Assembly: GCA_009914755.4 (NCBI GenBank)
Contig: CP068257.2
Location: 9,600,001-9,664,000 of the forward strand
Reading direction: 5' to 3'
DNA length: 64,000 nt
DNA from: the human T2T-CHM13v2.0 reference genome, Homo sapiens
Shown in pieces: positions 1 through 16,721 of this stretch. The notes under the pieces were generated by a model. It had not been told where the DNA came from. It searched no databases and saw nothing but the letters and a program-made list of their open reading frames with translations. Every line of letters begins with the position of its first letter. Within the stretch, counting starts at the first letter, position 1. A program made the position numbers and the translations under genes.

Positions 1-2563
1 CATGTACTCCCTAGACCCGTACTCCCAGACTGTAGTCTATGGCCCCCAGATTTCAATGGTAAGACTTATTTCCCTTAACCTGCCTCAAAGATTCCACTAC
101 CTCATACCAAAAATGTACAGCCAACTATCCTGAGAACAAATTCTCATATTTTTCCATTATTTCCTTTTGAAAAGGAGCCCAGGTAGAAAAAGAAAACATT
201 CACTATTTTGGTGTGTGGGTCTAAAAGACAATCCTGCTCTCAGTGCCAATCTGAACCCACAAAAAGCATTGAATTGTCAAATCAGACTCAGATTGAAGAT
301 TTTGCTCAGTATCATGCTTTTTGAATAATTTCAAAGATAAAATAATCATGTATGGGTTAAGTGGGGAGAGACCTGGGTCCTTTCATCTTCATTGAATGTG
401 GTCTCATCCAAGTTTCTAGATTTGGTTTCTAAGTAAAATGTACAGTTGCTTTACTTACTCAAGTGTATTCTCAGTTACAAACCATCTCCTTTTATACTTA
501 GACAGCAACACAGCTAACGTGACATTTTCTTGGGAATCATCACCCTACATTTATTGATTCCTGGCTTATTTTTCATAAGCAATTTTAGACAACTCCGCAT
601 GGTCTGCTAGAAACATTTTATGAAGAATGATTCTTTGGCCACCAAAAACTATTTAGTTTATTTTCTAAGAGACTTGCATTAATATGTTTGCAGAAAAATT
701 AAACCAGAACACCTGACTTCTTTATTTCCCAGGAGTTTTCCTCCACACCTGCCCCCATCAGGGGAGAAAATTGATCAGGAGGTACCACCCCTTTCCACAC
801 CATTCTTGAATCTATTCTACAGAACTCTCTCACATGGTCTAGCAATATGTTTAAGGTAGAATGCTTTTTCTATCAATATTTCTTATGTGTTAAATTTGCA
901 TTATTATATATTGACTAGAAATTATATATTCATTCTTAAACATTAATCATAATGAATCTAAAAACCTAATTTATTTCAACAAATAAATTTCTCTTTAATT
1001 CCTGTCCTCAACATTCTTTTCCTTAATATTCCTATTGTTACTGTTACAGTTATGAAATCATCTTAATGAAATCACAGCTAGACCAGTGCATTAATTTAAA
1101 ACAATAGCATCCTTTTTCTATAACTTCTTCAAACTTTTCTTCACTGTCGTATAATGATAATTACTCTAAAATGACAATCTGATCATTAAAACTTTAATCA
1201 TTTACTCTCTGCCAATTTCATAAATATTTGATTCACAGTTGTTATTTCTTCTTCAAAATACATCAAATAATCCACCTTTACGAAAAGCAATTTACTGTTT
1301 CATAAATGTGCTTTATTATGTCACATATTCAGTCTTTTAAACATTTTGTGCCATCCTTGGTCATCAAATAAATTTCTATCTACTAAACATGACTGACTTA
1401 GCAAAACTATAGCCTTAGTTTCATGCATGTCTCCATCAATTTTGGAATTGCTTTTATACCCAAACTGCAGTGGGAGAAAAACACATAACCAAATTGTGCT
1501 GATTGTTATCTCTTTAAAACCACAACCTTGAAAAGCAAATGTGCCTTTAATGCGGCCAAACAAGCCCATTTTTCTTTTGTTAGCCATTGCCTTCTTCCTC
1601 TTATGTAAGATTAACTTATGGATTCTTTCCTCATTTCACACCCCTCACATACTTTTCTTCAATCTCAATGCCAGCTGATGACCTTGTTTCCTGTGTCAAT
1701 AAATAAATAAATAGATAGATAAATAACAATCAAGAGTAAATGTATGCAGACTCCCACTACTACATATACTTAACGCCAGTATCTAAAATTACACACTACT
1801 CATCCTGCATATTAATAGAGCAGGGTCTTTTCTCTGGTACTATGGACAAACTGAGCCAGATAATTCTATGTTTGGGATGGGGTGTTGGAAAGGTTACCTT
1901 GTATGTTGCAGGATGTTTAGCAACATCCCTGGCCTCTCCAATTCGATGCTAGTAGTAACTCCATTCACAAGTTGTGACAACAGAAAACATCTCCAAACAC
2001 TGCCAATTGGCTCCTTGCAGAGTGAAATCTCTCCTTAAAGAAAACCACTGCCAGAAATGAAATGTTTATACACCTACCTCAAGCTTACGCCTTTACTTGT
2101 TCATCAGCTCTTTCTGACTACACAGGCTATAGACAGATACTTTTCAATACTTACCCCTCTTATACGTAATCAAATTTTCCTCATTATTGGGTCATTTCAT
2201 GATCATACAAATAAGCTATTACTTCTGTCATACTAGAAAATAAAAGCAAATAAGCAACCAGTATTCTTCATTTTCCCCATTTTCATTGTCAGATACTGCC
2301 AGGGAATTTGATCCCTTTTTCACCAAAACTCTTTAAAAGGATAATTTATAGTCACCATGTCATTTGCTTCTTGCATTTTCTCTTTAATCATTTCACTTCC
2401 ATACAGATTTTTGCCCCCCAGTACTCTAATTAAACCTGTCCTCCACTTTGTTAATCTTATAGTTATTTTTCTCACCTTACTTGATTTATCAGCAGCATTT
2501 GAAGTAGATTATTCTCATAATACTATCTTCATTTGACTCCCTGGTTTTATATTATTTGTATAC

Positions 2564-2564
<1 letters not shown>

Positions 2565-2601
<37 letters not shown>

Positions 2602-2629
2602 GTCTCCCTCTCTCTCTCTTTTAGTGTTT
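2565..2629. repeat. (TC)n/(GA)n dinucleotide microsatellite, slightly imperfect
   Basis: Run of 'tctctctc...' about 65 bp long with a few t/g interruptions. This accounts for the low-complexity 'LSLSLSL' ORF translations at 2533-2766. Confidence 0.95.
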
Positions 2630-5513
2630 TCTTCTATTCATCAGACTCAATGTTGGAATGCTCCAGGCCTCAGTATTTTATTTCCCCCCACCATCATCTT
2701 TCTCTGCACTTCTTTCCTTGGTTATCTCATCCAATCTCATGGTTTTACATGCAGTGTAAATGCTAATGACTCCCAAATTTATATTTCCATGCCATATCTC
2801 TATCCCAAATTCCACACTCATAAATCCAATTGCATTTTTTACACTTCCACCTAAATGTTGTGATGATAATGGGTCTATTTTTCCTGAGACCCATTCCTCA
2901 CTCTGCCCAGTTCAGTTCTTAAGACAGAGGGGATGAAAACTGTGGATTATGTAGCTCAGATTTTCTGAAAGCTGGCTTCCAGGTAGGCTCAAACAATAGG
3001 AGACACATGCAGAAAGATGAAAGGCAGGAACAAGGAGAAATCTAGATATTGTCTCAATTTCTCCCTGTCATCCCTAATAACAGTTGCATTTTTTACAGGC
3101 TCCTGCTCCTTTACATAGGCCCACTGTGGTTCCAGCTTCCCCCAAACATCCCTCCCTGCAGCTCCAGTAGTACAGCCTCCTATCCCTGTTCTCCAAGGGA
3201 AGGTGATAGTAGCCTCCCATTGTTGCTAAATTGTAGGTTGCCTCACTGTCCCCTGGTTGGCTTTAATTTTTTTAAAGTTATTTCTACTATCAATTCCCTT
3301 TGTTTTAAATTCTCAATGATTTCAATTTTCCTGGCTAGTTTCTGATTACTTCAGATACCTAATGGAAATCTCAAAGAAAGTATGACTCAAGAGAAATTGC
3401 TGATTTCCATCTCCCAGCTACTACCAAACCTGTTTATGCTTATCCATTTCATTTGATGGCATCCTTCCTCTGGTTGCTTAAACTCAAAGACTTTATAATA
3501 TCTAGAATCTGCTACTTCTCACCATGTCTACTGAGGTGTGAATTACTACTGTTTTCCTCTTGGATAAAGTCAATATCTAAAGAGGGGACTTTTCCTAAAA
3601 GTGTCCCCTTACAGTCAGTTACCAACACAATATCCACAGTCATCCTTTTTACATAAAAGAGCGTATCACTTCTCTTCTTAGGACCTGTAGTGACCCTCTC
3701 TTTCATTGATGGTAAAATTCTAAGGCAATGTGAGTTTTAAAATACCCTGTAAATTTGTACAATTATTATGTCATTTAAATATAATATATATTTTTAAAAA
3801 TTAAAAACATATATCAAGGCCCAAATTACTTCTGTGTGCTCATCGTTAACTCCCCTTCCTCACTCATCTCCAGTCACACTGGTTTCCTTGAACCCCTTCA
3901 AACAAGCCAGATATGGGGCTGTCTTGGGCTTTTGCACTGTCTTTTCCCTCTGCCTGAGTTCCCTTCTTTCAGATATCTACATGTTTAATACCTCACCACC
4001 TTTAAATTTTTGCATAAATGCTATCTTTTCAATGATGTTTTCTACGGCCTCCCTACTTAGCATCTCAACCTGTTTCTTGGACCAGCATTAGAAAATGAAT
4101 ATAGAGAGATGAACACAATATATATGGCCCTGCCCTCATAGTCCTAGCAATCTACAGGGACACAAAATAATATGCAAAAAAGTATTTGAATTATCTTCAG
4201 CACCTTTCTAAAGAAAAAAAGCTACTTAAAACTCACACTTAGAAGTGCTCAATATGAGTCAATACATTATGTCACCACCTAAAGTAACAAGATGTTAGGC
4301 TGCAACTGCTGTATGTTTTGAAAGTGACTCATTACACTACGAAGTCACATACTTGTTTAATATTATAATAAGACAGAACTAAATTTAAATCATAGTTATA
4401 CCAAACACTAGCTACTCTGAATCTCTACATCTCAATGTTCTCACCAGCAAAATCAAGCTAATAATAATACTAGCTTCTTAAAGTTATTTAAAAGATAAAT
4501 GAGCTAAGATATGTAATGCTCATAGCCCATTTAGAAAGGCAAAATATAAGGTATAGTACATAGAAACCACTGACCATTGGTAATTCTGAAACACTACAGG
4601 TCAGACAGTTTGAATGAACCATATACTAAAGGTTGGAAAAGTTATTTGATTAAACTCTGCCTTTTTTTTTCTGGGAAGAACACATAGATTAATCACTTTG
4701 TATAACCCCAACCTCTCCCTTCTTGGGAGTGGGGATAGGGGAAACAGTTTTCATCATCTATGATCTTAAGTTTCCTCATGCTCTTTCTCATTGTTAAGAC
4801 AATACCACTTATTTTAGCTTATTGTTACAATAGTATTTCATTTTTTTCTAACAACTTGGTATTAGTCAAGATGGGATATAATAACAAATGACTCTTGAAA
4901 TCTTCATGGGTGCCATGGGAAGTTTCAAGAACACAACTTGAAAGTGAATTGCATGACTTTGTTCTGTATTTCATTGACCACTACTCATTCAGTGAGCCTG
5001 AAAGTAACTGTGTATATCACTGTTAGTATACTATGCATGCCAGATACCCAAGACTCAAACTTTTCCTTTCCTTTAGATACCACCTACTTAGTCATCAATT
5101 TTGGTTCAACCTACTCCACTAAATAGCTTTGACTTCCATTCACTTACCACTTTAGATTAGTGCTATAGACTCCTATTTTACCTCCTTCATATCAATCCCC
5201 TTAAAACTCCCAATAGCTTCCATTATTTCAACCAAAAGCTCAAATTCCTTTAATATAAAGTGTTATATGAACTGGCACCCTATATACTTTATATCCTAAT
5301 CTCTCATCTTTCATTTATTTCTTTAACTCCTGACTCATGTAACAAAAATTCATTTATCTCAGCACGTATTTACTCCCTTACTTTACTTGTTATGCTCTCC
5401 CAAATGTCCCTGTATTTTTCATTGAATAGTAATTGCCACATTTTATTTTATATGCTTGTGTTACCATTTATATATATATTTACTACAGACTCTGCTTTTA
5501 GAAGGCATACACT

Positions 5514-5901
<388 letters not shown>

Positions 5902-7822
5902 TTAATTTCAATTAATTGATTATGGCCTTTATCATTTCAAGATTTTTATATGTCTACTTTTATGAACTCTAGGCTAGTTTTTTCCACTTTTATTTCTACA
6001 ATCATAGGGCCTATTTTATATTTTCTCTTGCACTTGATTATAGAAGAGATTGAAATGAGTTAGGAAACATGTACTTGAAACCAATAATGGGCACACTTTA
6101 CAGGATTTCAAAATCTAAAAATATCATAACATAACTTCAGGGAAGAGTAAGAAGTATTGGTGTCATTTTTTTCCTTTTAGTAGATCAGTTGAAGAGGTAA
6201 ATTGAACATGGACTATGTGTCAGACTCTTTTTTCCAAATTATATTCTTAAATATATAGTAAAACATATGTTAGAGGCAGTTTTTTAATAACAAACAATAT
6301 TTGAATTGAGATACTGAAGTAAAATAAACTGTGCAAAAATGTATTACTAAATATCTGCATTTTCTAGAGATGTATCCTTAAGTATGTAGGTATAAAATTA
6401 CATTCTGAGATATATTTTTAAAATAATTTGGCAAGAAGAGAACAGGGATACCTTAAGCAGAAACAACAAAATTATGATAATTGTTGAATATGTGTGATGG
6501 TTGTATGTTAATGTATTGATTATTTTGTGTGGGTATGAAAACATGATAATAAAATCAAATTACAAAAAAATAAAAAATACCTCTTGCTTTTTTAGCAGCT
6601 TTTTACATTGTTTATAACAGTGTCTATAGCGCTATGATTGGTCAGAGCCAGAGACTATAACATTTAATAAAACGAGTCTCTCTAGAAGCTCATGGGAGTT
6701 CATTTACGGCAGCAAAGACCTATATTAAATGGACTGAATATTTAAGGAGTAATTATGTTGAGTAATGTGTTTATTTATAGTTTTAATTATACATTATCTT
6801 TCTTGGTTATCTTTAAAATATATTAAGCTTATGCAAATAGGATATGCATCATAACCCAGGATCTATTATCTGAATTGCTTATATACTTATAATAACATAA
6901 CTTTAAAAGAAAGAATCAAACCATATTGCTAGCTTACAGGTTGGATCTTTCTAGAAAATAGTTATTTACCTGAATGTTTATTTTTGTTTTGCATCTTCAT
7001 CAGTTAAAACCAACAGTTACAATACAAATGAAAGTTAAAAAATAATAATATTATTAATCTGAAATTTCAATGTGCTTAGCAATAAATAATGGGAATAAGA
7101 ATTATCCAGGATGTACTAAACGCTACAAGAATTATATAATTCTAATGAACATGATGCTTTTGAACTTAAGTAAATTCTATGTGCTTAACTATTTTTATTG
7201 TTTATAGATTTAGGACTTCTGAATGCATTCTTTTTTGCTGTTATGGGATATTATGAATTCACCTTAGTAGACTTTTGCTTACAGGACATAAAATTAATTT
7301 ATTCTATGAATTTTTTCTTCTTTTCCCAAAAATGTGTAAGTTCTGTGATTTCTTGGACTAAAAGATATCTATTTACATAGTGAAAGGCCAGGCCTTGTAA
7401 AGATCGTGACAGTATTCAATCCTATTCTTGTTTTTTTTTTGTTTCAATGTGTTGCTAGTTATCTTATCTCAGTGTATTGTATTTATATAACTGCATATTT
7501 GATTAAGATACCTAACCTATGAGACATATTAACATAATGAACACATGTAAGCACACAACCCAATTTAAGCATAAGAACAGTATCAATAATTTTGCAGTTA
7601 TCTTTCACTCTTTTTCAGTCACACAGAGACAACTATACTCTTAATTTTGTGTTTAGAGTCCTCTATTTTCTTAATAGACAGATTGCACATGGTTAAAGGT
7701 CTATCTTTACATCAAGAGAGCCTGTGTTTGGATCTTGTTCACCCCGCTTATGTCTCTTTTGAAGTTATGCTTAAGCTTTATTCCTTGTTCCTTTATGGAA
7801 ATTTGAGTATTTTAGGAAAAGT

Positions 7823-7846
7823 AAAAAAAAAAAAAAAAAAAAAAAA
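7823..7846 (+). repeat. Poly(A) homopolymer run (A about 24)
   Basis: 'gtaaaaaaaaaaaaaaaaaaaaaaaagaaac'. I recognise no upstream SINE, LINE or polyadenylation signal, so I call it a simple homopolymer rather than a retroposon tail. Confidence 0.8.
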
Positions 7847-10510
7847 GAAACTTTAAAGTAGAATGATAAAATCTAGTGTTTTTAGATACAGAAGTGAGAA
7901 GCTGAATACGGGTAAAGCATGATGGACTACGGGAAGAACGGAATTTCTTGTGTGTGACTGCTCATTCAATAAGCTATATTTTTTAAAAACCTGAACAGGT
8001 TATAGCTATTGGTTATCTACAAGTGGAATTCTCAAACACGAAAATGAAAGCCTGACAAATAAGATGCTAATGCCATTTTCACTTAAAAAATAGAACAAGC
8101 GAAAGAGAGAAATAAAAGCACTAGCCCAGTAAGAACATCCTCTATTTGCCTTACTCATAAGCCATTTCAGGGCCATATCTGCAAAACTAGGAAGAAAGTG
8201 CTAAGTGCTAAAACATTTTAACCAATCACTTTAAGAAAGGCAGAGGAAGCAAACCACTCTAGTAGATAAAACAGGAGAGACTGAAGTTGCTATAGTTGTA
8301 ATCTTTTTAAAAATAATCTATTTGTTTTGAAGAAAACCCCAATAGGAAGGTGTTTTCATTTTTAAAGGTATCTCTTTTCAGATACTATTTAATACTCAGT
8401 GTGCTAATAATGTCAAAAATTGTTAAATGCGTATATATCTGTATTTCAAATAGGATAGTTTATCAAGTCAGGTTTTCCAAGAAGCTGATACTATGCAATT
8501 ATAAGTCACTCAAAAGGTTATGAGAGGAACGTTAGTTAAAGATTAAGAAGAAAAAGCAGATCTAAGTGCAGGGAGTCTTCAGTGATGCAAGCCTGGCTTC
8601 TGTCAAAGGAGGGGGAGAAGGAAGAAGGATGAGAATGAAAGAGTCACAGCCTGAAACACAGTTTAGGAAATTTTGGCCCAGACAATAGAAGTCTCCAGTC
8701 CAAAGTCTTCTGTTGGAAGGTTATCACAAATCTTAAAAATGGCCTTCATCAATACTCCGAGCATGCTCAGTCATTGGCCAGGAACAACCAGAGAAAATAT
8801 GGCCTGAGTGCAAAGATAGTCATACAACCAGAAAAACAGTAGCTGGGGCTGCCTGTCATCCATGGTCACTGAAGCAAGAGTTGTGAGTGGTGACCACATA
8901 TATCAAATATTTCTATGAAAAAAAACAAAACAAAACAAAGCCCAATCAAGTGAAACTCCAAAATGATAACCTTTAATGCTTATTAGATGACACAAGTGTT
9001 AGGTTGGGTATTTTACTAAATATTTAATCATTATATATGCACATATTTATGGGCATGTGAGCTTAATTTCTGTTTTTAAATTCAGAATGCTTCAATAATA
9101 ACATTGCATTTTATATAATCCTGATTTTCTTTTTTAAAATCAGCTCAAAAGGAGAAGTTAAATATTCAGCTTTAATTTCACCAGTAGATTTTTAATGTTT
9201 TGTAATCATAATGTTTAATTTGTGCTGTTCTTAGAACTTTAATTATGAAGCTAAATTGTACTAATACCCATTAGGTACTTCTTAATTGAAGGCACATCAT
9301 ATGTCTGATGTGGCAGTACTAATTGGTGTAATTAAATTCTAATATGCTTCAGTAGCCTGATTTTTTAAGTGAATAAAAAGCTGATAGAAATAAGTCAGCT
9401 CTTGAAGCTGCATAGTTGTATAATACATACACGTGTTTGCACTTGTAACATGCACATTTATTCAGAACAAACAACTCATTAATTTATTCCAAAACCATTT
9501 CACCTGATAACTTAAAATACAGAGTAAAACAAATTGGTCAGGTAAATATACATGTAACTTAAAAAGAAACAGTCATGTACTTTAGGCATAAGGACAATGC
9601 TTTTCTCTTTTACAAATTCTAAGTTAGGTCAAATTCTCTGAAAGTCACTGCTTTTCTTTACTGTGATGTGTTTTCGGTGAAGTTACAGCCTATTTGCAAA
9701 TCACATCACTGGTTTGTCCAAGCAGAGGTAGATGAGAGGTAAGCTCCTGTCCTGCTAAAAGTCTCCTAAAAACAGCAAGAAAATATTTTTACATGTTCAA
9801 AAATGCTCATTTATTTATATTCCTAAATTTTCTTTTACTCAGTATAATATAGATAATTTAAAAATCAGTAGAATATTTTTATTATATATGTTTTATTTTT
9901 ATACTTCTAGTTAAATTAATAGTGGAACATTATATATCTATTAAATGTTTTAAATTACATGGAATTAAAATATCAAAGTTAATTATGTTATTATAATTTT
10001 TAAATTTCAGAAACCTTCTCTAAAATTCTTACTGTTTTATCTTAAAAAATTCATATAGAAATTGTGGTCAGATGTAAACTGTGACTCTGAGCACAAATCC
10101 CAATGCTATTGCCAATTTAATTCCAATTTTTGTGTTCACACATGAAATGTAGTTTTTCTTTTATTGAGTTTTAAAAATCTGTAAGATTTACCTATCTGAA
10201 TATACACTCAGGTCTAGCTTCATGTTCCTGTGACCTGTGTGGTCACACAAGGACCCATGTACATAATGACCTCATACTTGGCCTAATGCTCTGCTGTTGC
10301 CATCTTGAAACGCTTAACACTTTGAACGAGGTACAACATCCACGTCATTTTGCACTGGGCCCTGCAAATCACGTAGACAGTCATATATGAGTCCAGTATT
10401 TTCCTACCACCAGACATTTTAATGTACTGAAGAGATAAAAAAAACTAATAATTAGAAGTTTTAAAAGAATATTTTTAAGAGTTGTTGTTTGTTTGTTTGT
10501 TATTTAATCC

Positions 10511-11432
<922 letters not shown>

Positions 11433-14039
11433 ATAAGATCTTGAGAGAAAAATAAGTTGAAGCCAGAGGTAAAACTCAATATTGGTAATATCTTTTTGTT
11501 GTAGGGTTGCTTTCCATTTTAGAAAGTAATTCAGAGTGTTATTTTTTAAAAATCATATATCAGAGTTCTCTAATAAATTTCAAACTTAAAAGAACATTTA
11601 ACTTCATAAGAGAAGAGAAATGTTTCATGAACATATTTTAAAGATAGGGAAACTAGAATACAATTTGGAGTAAAACTAATATTTTAAGTAACCTGGAGAT
11701 AGGACTCATATCTTTTAATAGAACATGCATTCTAACAAGCCAGTGATTTTTCAAAGTTTTCTAAAACACTTTTCTCAAACCACATTTAACCTAGAAGTAG
11801 AAACAAATAAAAGACACAAAATTAGAGTTAATTTTATTGTAACTGGGTTGGCTCCAGAGATTATAGTTAGGAAGTGATTACATTAAGCTCTACATATGCA
11901 GCATTCTAGAAAATTTCAATGCAGTAGACAAAATCTATAAATAATGTGAAACACATATTAACATGTTAAGCATAATATGCATTCATTGTCTTCAACAGAA
12001 TAGTTCTCTATTAATTTTTTAAACGTAATACAATTTTACTTTAAAAACTGAAAAATCAACATATTTCATTAAGAAAAAAATATAAATGTTGCAAAATGAT
12101 GATGAAAATACCGATAGTAACAATTCCCAACTATAACAATTTTGTTTTATCTAATACTGGTCAGCTTTCCATGTGTCCAAGCATTACAGGACTTTTCATT
12201 AAGCCTAATCCTCACAAGAACATTGCTTTGAGTGATATTCCAGAGTGGTAGTCCTTTAAGGCATTAGAACGATTTGTGAAATCACTAAAAATACTAGGGG
12301 AAATATTCAAAAAATGACAATAGTGCCATTATTCCTCCTCCTCAAAGAGACTATCAGAACTAAAACTCTTTGCTTCATGTTCCTGTTTACTTCTGTCCCT
12401 TTCAAGTCACAGAGGTATTATCAGACTTTCATCATTATATGACTCTGCTTTTCCAACAGAATCAATTACCTATCCCTTATCTCACATCTTGATAGTGATA
12501 GATATTGAATGCTTATGTTCTGATTAGCAAACTCTTTTTGCATTTTTAGTAACAACTTGAACTCCTGATATGTCTGGAAAATATAACCCCTTCAACAGCC
12601 CTTTCAATGGGTTGCTACTATTTTGCTCACCCCATCTTCACCTGCCTAATCATGAGGAGGCGGGGTATATACAATTTCAGTTAATTTGTAGTTATCAGTC
12701 TATTATAGTTCTTTCCTTCTGAAAACCAACAAGTAAATAAACCAGCAAGCATCACCAATAAACTTTGACAGTTTATGGTTCATAACGTATGTCTACACCA
12801 AACTTTCCATTCAAATGCTTTTTCAAACCTTTGGTTTCTTTCTCTATTAAGACAACTTTTGCTTTTGGCTTTCAAAGACATTCTCTCCATTATAAACTCT
12901 GTCATTATTCTCTATTGTGCTTACCTCAAACTGGTAACTCTTTCAAATCTTACCTGTCAGTTTCTTGACCACCATGCATGTTAATAACATTTCTTCTCTA
13001 TTTTAGACAGCAAATGTTTCTCAATATTTAAAAAAAAATATCCTACTCTTTGGTCCTCTCTACCTCCCATTTCATCCAATATCACTTGTTCGAGACCTGA
13101 ACTCGTACAGGTTTTTAACCTGTTGAAGACTGTCACTCTATGGACTCTACTCTCTTCTCTCTCCTCCATAGCCTTCTCATTGCCTATCTTCCCTACTTGT
13201 CCAGGAAATGATGACATGTTTCATCACTATAATTAATCCATTTCAAATGGCCTTTATGCCAAATTATTTTATTATATGCTCTTTCTGTGCCATGCCTTGT
13301 TTTCCAAATTTACCACAGTACAAATTTTACAATTAGTTTTCCATTACTGAATTAGTACCAATCTCTGTCTTAAAAAATAAATACAGTAAAAAATGATAAT
13401 GAATTTATTTCTTCTTATAATACTATCACTGGTGCATGATTAGAATAAATTAATCTTAAGATAATATAAGCATTTCTCCAAATGGTCTTCAAATTCATTG
13501 ATTTTTTTGTGATTTCAATTTGCATATTTATTGTTCCTGTTGCAATTTTTTCAGATTTTTTAAGTATATGTATTAACTCAGAACACATAACTCTTATCAC
13601 ACATATTTTTCATGTAATTTATCTAAATCTCATAGAAAAGGGTCCATTTGCATTTTCTCTTATTAGACTCCTGATTTCAAATAATATATTACTTATGAGT
13701 ATTTTTCTGTGCTGTAGTTATTCATTCTTATAGATATGTAACATAATTCCTTTTTCAAAGGTAAAAATTGAGCTATCTCTTGTTGAGGATTTGTTGATCT
13801 CTGTCTAAAGTTTCAAAAATAAAGAACTTTAAAAGCAAAATGTAAATTCCTTTCAAGTTTTAGTAAAATTACTTCAAACTTAGTAGCTTAAACAATACAG
13901 ATTTATTATGTTACAGTTCTGTAAGACAGAAATCTGACTTGATCACACCATGTTAAAACGAAGATACTGCCAGGGTTGGTTTTTTCTTGGGGGTGGTCTG
14001 TGGGAAGAGTTCGTTTCCTTTGGTTTTCCACAGCCCAGA

Positions 14040-14335
14040 GGCTGCTTGCATTCCTTTAATCACTGTCCCTTCCTCCATTTTTGAAATGAGGAATGGAGTC
14101 AGGGTGACTATGGTTAGCAATATTGTATTGTATATTTCAAAATAGCTAGAAGAGAGGATTTTTGAATTCTCTCACCATAAAGATATCAAAGATGTATGAA
14201 GTGAAGAATATGTTGAATATCCTGATTCAATATTTAAACTATACATACACGTGTTGAAACATCACACTGTATCCCATAAATATGTACAATAATTATGTGT
14301 CATAAAACAAGATTTAAATTGTTTTAAAGGGCCAG
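14040..14335 (+). mobile_element. Old LINE-1 3'-end fragment (L1M/L1PB-like 3' UTR)
   Basis: 'ggtgactatggttagcaatattgtattgtatatttcaaaatagctagaagagaggatttttgaattctctcaccataaagat...aaacatcacactgtatcccataaatatgtacaataattatgtgtcat' matches the mammalian-wide L1 3'UTR consensus I remember: 'gtgactatagttaataatactgtattgtatacttgaaa...atcaaaacatcacattgtaccccataaatatatacaatt'. Confidence 0.5.
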
Positions 14336-14559
14336 CAATGGCAGTTTGTGAGTTCCCATCTCATCACTCTAACTTCTTCTGCCTCCTTCCACTTGTAAAT
14401 GTCCTTCTGATTATTTTGGTCCCATCAGGATAATCCAGAATAACTTTCCTATCTTAATATCAACTGATGAACAACCTTAGTTTAGTCTACAATTTCAATT
14501 TTCCTTTGCCATGCAACTAACATATTCACAAATTCTGGGGACTAGAATGTGGACACCCG

Positions 14560-14913
14560 TTGTATTAGTTTGTCCTCACACTGCTAATAAAGACATAGCT
14601 GAGACTGGGTAATTTATAAAAGGAAGACGTTTAACTGACTTGTAGTTCCACATGGCTGGGGAGCCCTCAAAATCATGGTGGAAAGCGAATGAGAAGCAAT
14701 GTCGCATCCCACGTGGTGGCAGGCAAGAGAGCTTGTGCAGGGGAACTCCCGTTTATAAAACCAGCAGATCTCGTGAAACTTATTTACTACCACAAGAACA
14801 GCATGGGATAAACCGTCCCCATGATTAAATTCTCTCTACCTGACCCCATTCTTCACATGGAATTATTACAATTCAAGGTGAGATTTGGGTGGGGATACAG
14901 CCAAATCACATCA
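14560..14913 (-). mobile_element. MaLR solo LTR, THE1/MST family
   Basis: The plus strand reads the reverse complement of the THE1 consensus: 'tgtattagtttgtcctcacactgctaataaagacatagctgagactgggtaatttataaaaggaa...ttccacatggctggggag.cctcaaaatcatggtggaa...ggcaggcaagagagcttgtgcaggggaactcccgtttataaaaccagcagatctcgtgaaacttatt.actaccacaagaacagcatggga...gagatttgggtggggatacagccaaatcacatca'. It has an internal deletion of about 45 bp. Confidence 0.75.
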
Positions 14914-16356
14914 TTTGTGGAGAGCTGTGATTCTGCCTACCACAAGTAAGATGTACAAAGCATGGAAGGAGCTACAGCCAGAAACAATTATACCATTGGG
15001 AATTTCTAGCAGAATAAATAGCAGTTATTAACTGATAAGTTAATAGATTAAGTAAACCTAAATAATTGCCTTCATTAGCAGTGAGGCTTTTGATGGTCCA
15101 TGTATCACAGATATTTAAACACAAATACATTTTTCTCATTTATTCCAATAACAAAAGTGTTTTTTGGTTTGTTTTGTTTTGTTTTTGAAAGTTTGGTATG
15201 AGAGAGAAAGAGATGAGCTGATTTGACTACTCCAGGCTAGAGGATATGTAGCTGAGAGTCTATGGCTGAGTGGAGGAAAAAAAAAAAAAATCACAAGCCC
15301 TGTCCAGGATAACAGAGAGAGAAAGCTGTTTCTGTTGAGATTTGATGGCCCCCATCACACCAAATTTGGGCTTCTAGCTAGCCTCAGTTCTTCAGATAAC
15401 TGACCTTCCTTCCTTCCTCCCTCTTGTAATAGTCTTTGTGTATTAGAAGTACCTTGAAATACTGGGTCAGAAAATGTGGCACAAAAGAGAAAAGCTTGCT
15501 CACTCCACATCTTGACCTGATCATTTCCTGAACATGATTGAGGTAGATGACTCTTTGCTCCTCTTTGGCTGACCTGCAGGAATAATACTGGGAATAAGCA
15601 AATCTCCTTTGGACTCCAGAGGGTGGTGGTCAGGAAGTGGGCCATTGAGAACCTAGGCAGAAATGCAGGCCAGATTATTGGAGTAGTTTGCTTTATAATG
15701 TTAAGATATTTATACACATGTTATGTGGGCCTCTATTTCCACTCTTATCTTAGAGCCCACATGTATTATGGAGGGCCTAGAATTGTTTCTGGAGTTTTTG
15801 GTATATACCTTTTTCAGAATAAAGTAAAAAATATTTATAGATAATTTAATTGTTCCCTATGTAGATTCCAGTGCCAAATTCCTTTCTTAGACACTTTTTC
15901 CAGTATAACATGTTAATATGTGACCCCTGCTTCACTTACAGATTTTTAGAGATCTATCCCAGGTTACTTAATTCAACTCCAAGACATACTTTTCTTTTAA
16001 ATGCAGTGAATAAAGCGTCAGTTACTTAGTCACTCCGGTTTTATTTAATCCTACTGTCATCTGACAATATGGTACTGATACTATTTCCTATTTCTAGATG
16101 GTTGCTAGAAATATACTGTAATATTTATTCTTGATATATGTTTGTTACTTTAACGGGAATACATAGGCTATAAATAGTCCCCTTGCCTCTCACAAGTTAG
16201 ACAGTCCTGCCCAGAATGCCCTGCTGAAGAGTTGTAGCAGATCACCCTGTTCCTCCTTAACCTCTCTGTTCCTCATATGCTCACCTATAAAATAGTGATC
16301 ATAGTAACACCCATCTTGTGATGATGTAGAGAGGTTCAAAGAAGCGAATTAGGGGA

Positions 16357-16721
<365 letters not shown>

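Noticed and set aside
1321-1587. 88-aa ORF (-) beginning 'MANKRKMGLFGRIKG...'.
   Set aside because: It is short, with no supporting signals or recognisable homology. I treat it as chance.
3049-3345. 98-aa ORF (+) rich in P/S/L/C.
   Set aside because: It has no start-codon context and no splice signals, and I recognise no similarity. Its length is within chance expectation for this base composition.
7640-7846. The A24 run could mark the 3' end of a retroposed mRNA or SINE.
   Set aside because: I recognise no upstream repeat. There is no AATAAA within 30 bp and no TSD, so I annotated it only as a homopolymer.
8560-8900. Locally GC-richer stretch ('gggagtcttcagtgatgcaagcctggcttctgtcaaaggagggggagaagg…') that might be a regulatory element or exon.
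   Set aside because: It has no CpG enrichment, no ORF and no splice signals. Nothing can be supported from sequence alone.
15355-15717. 120-aa ORF on the minus strand.
   Set aside because: It is a chance ORF. It partly overlaps an opposite-strand 73-aa ORF and has no recognisable domain or gene structure.
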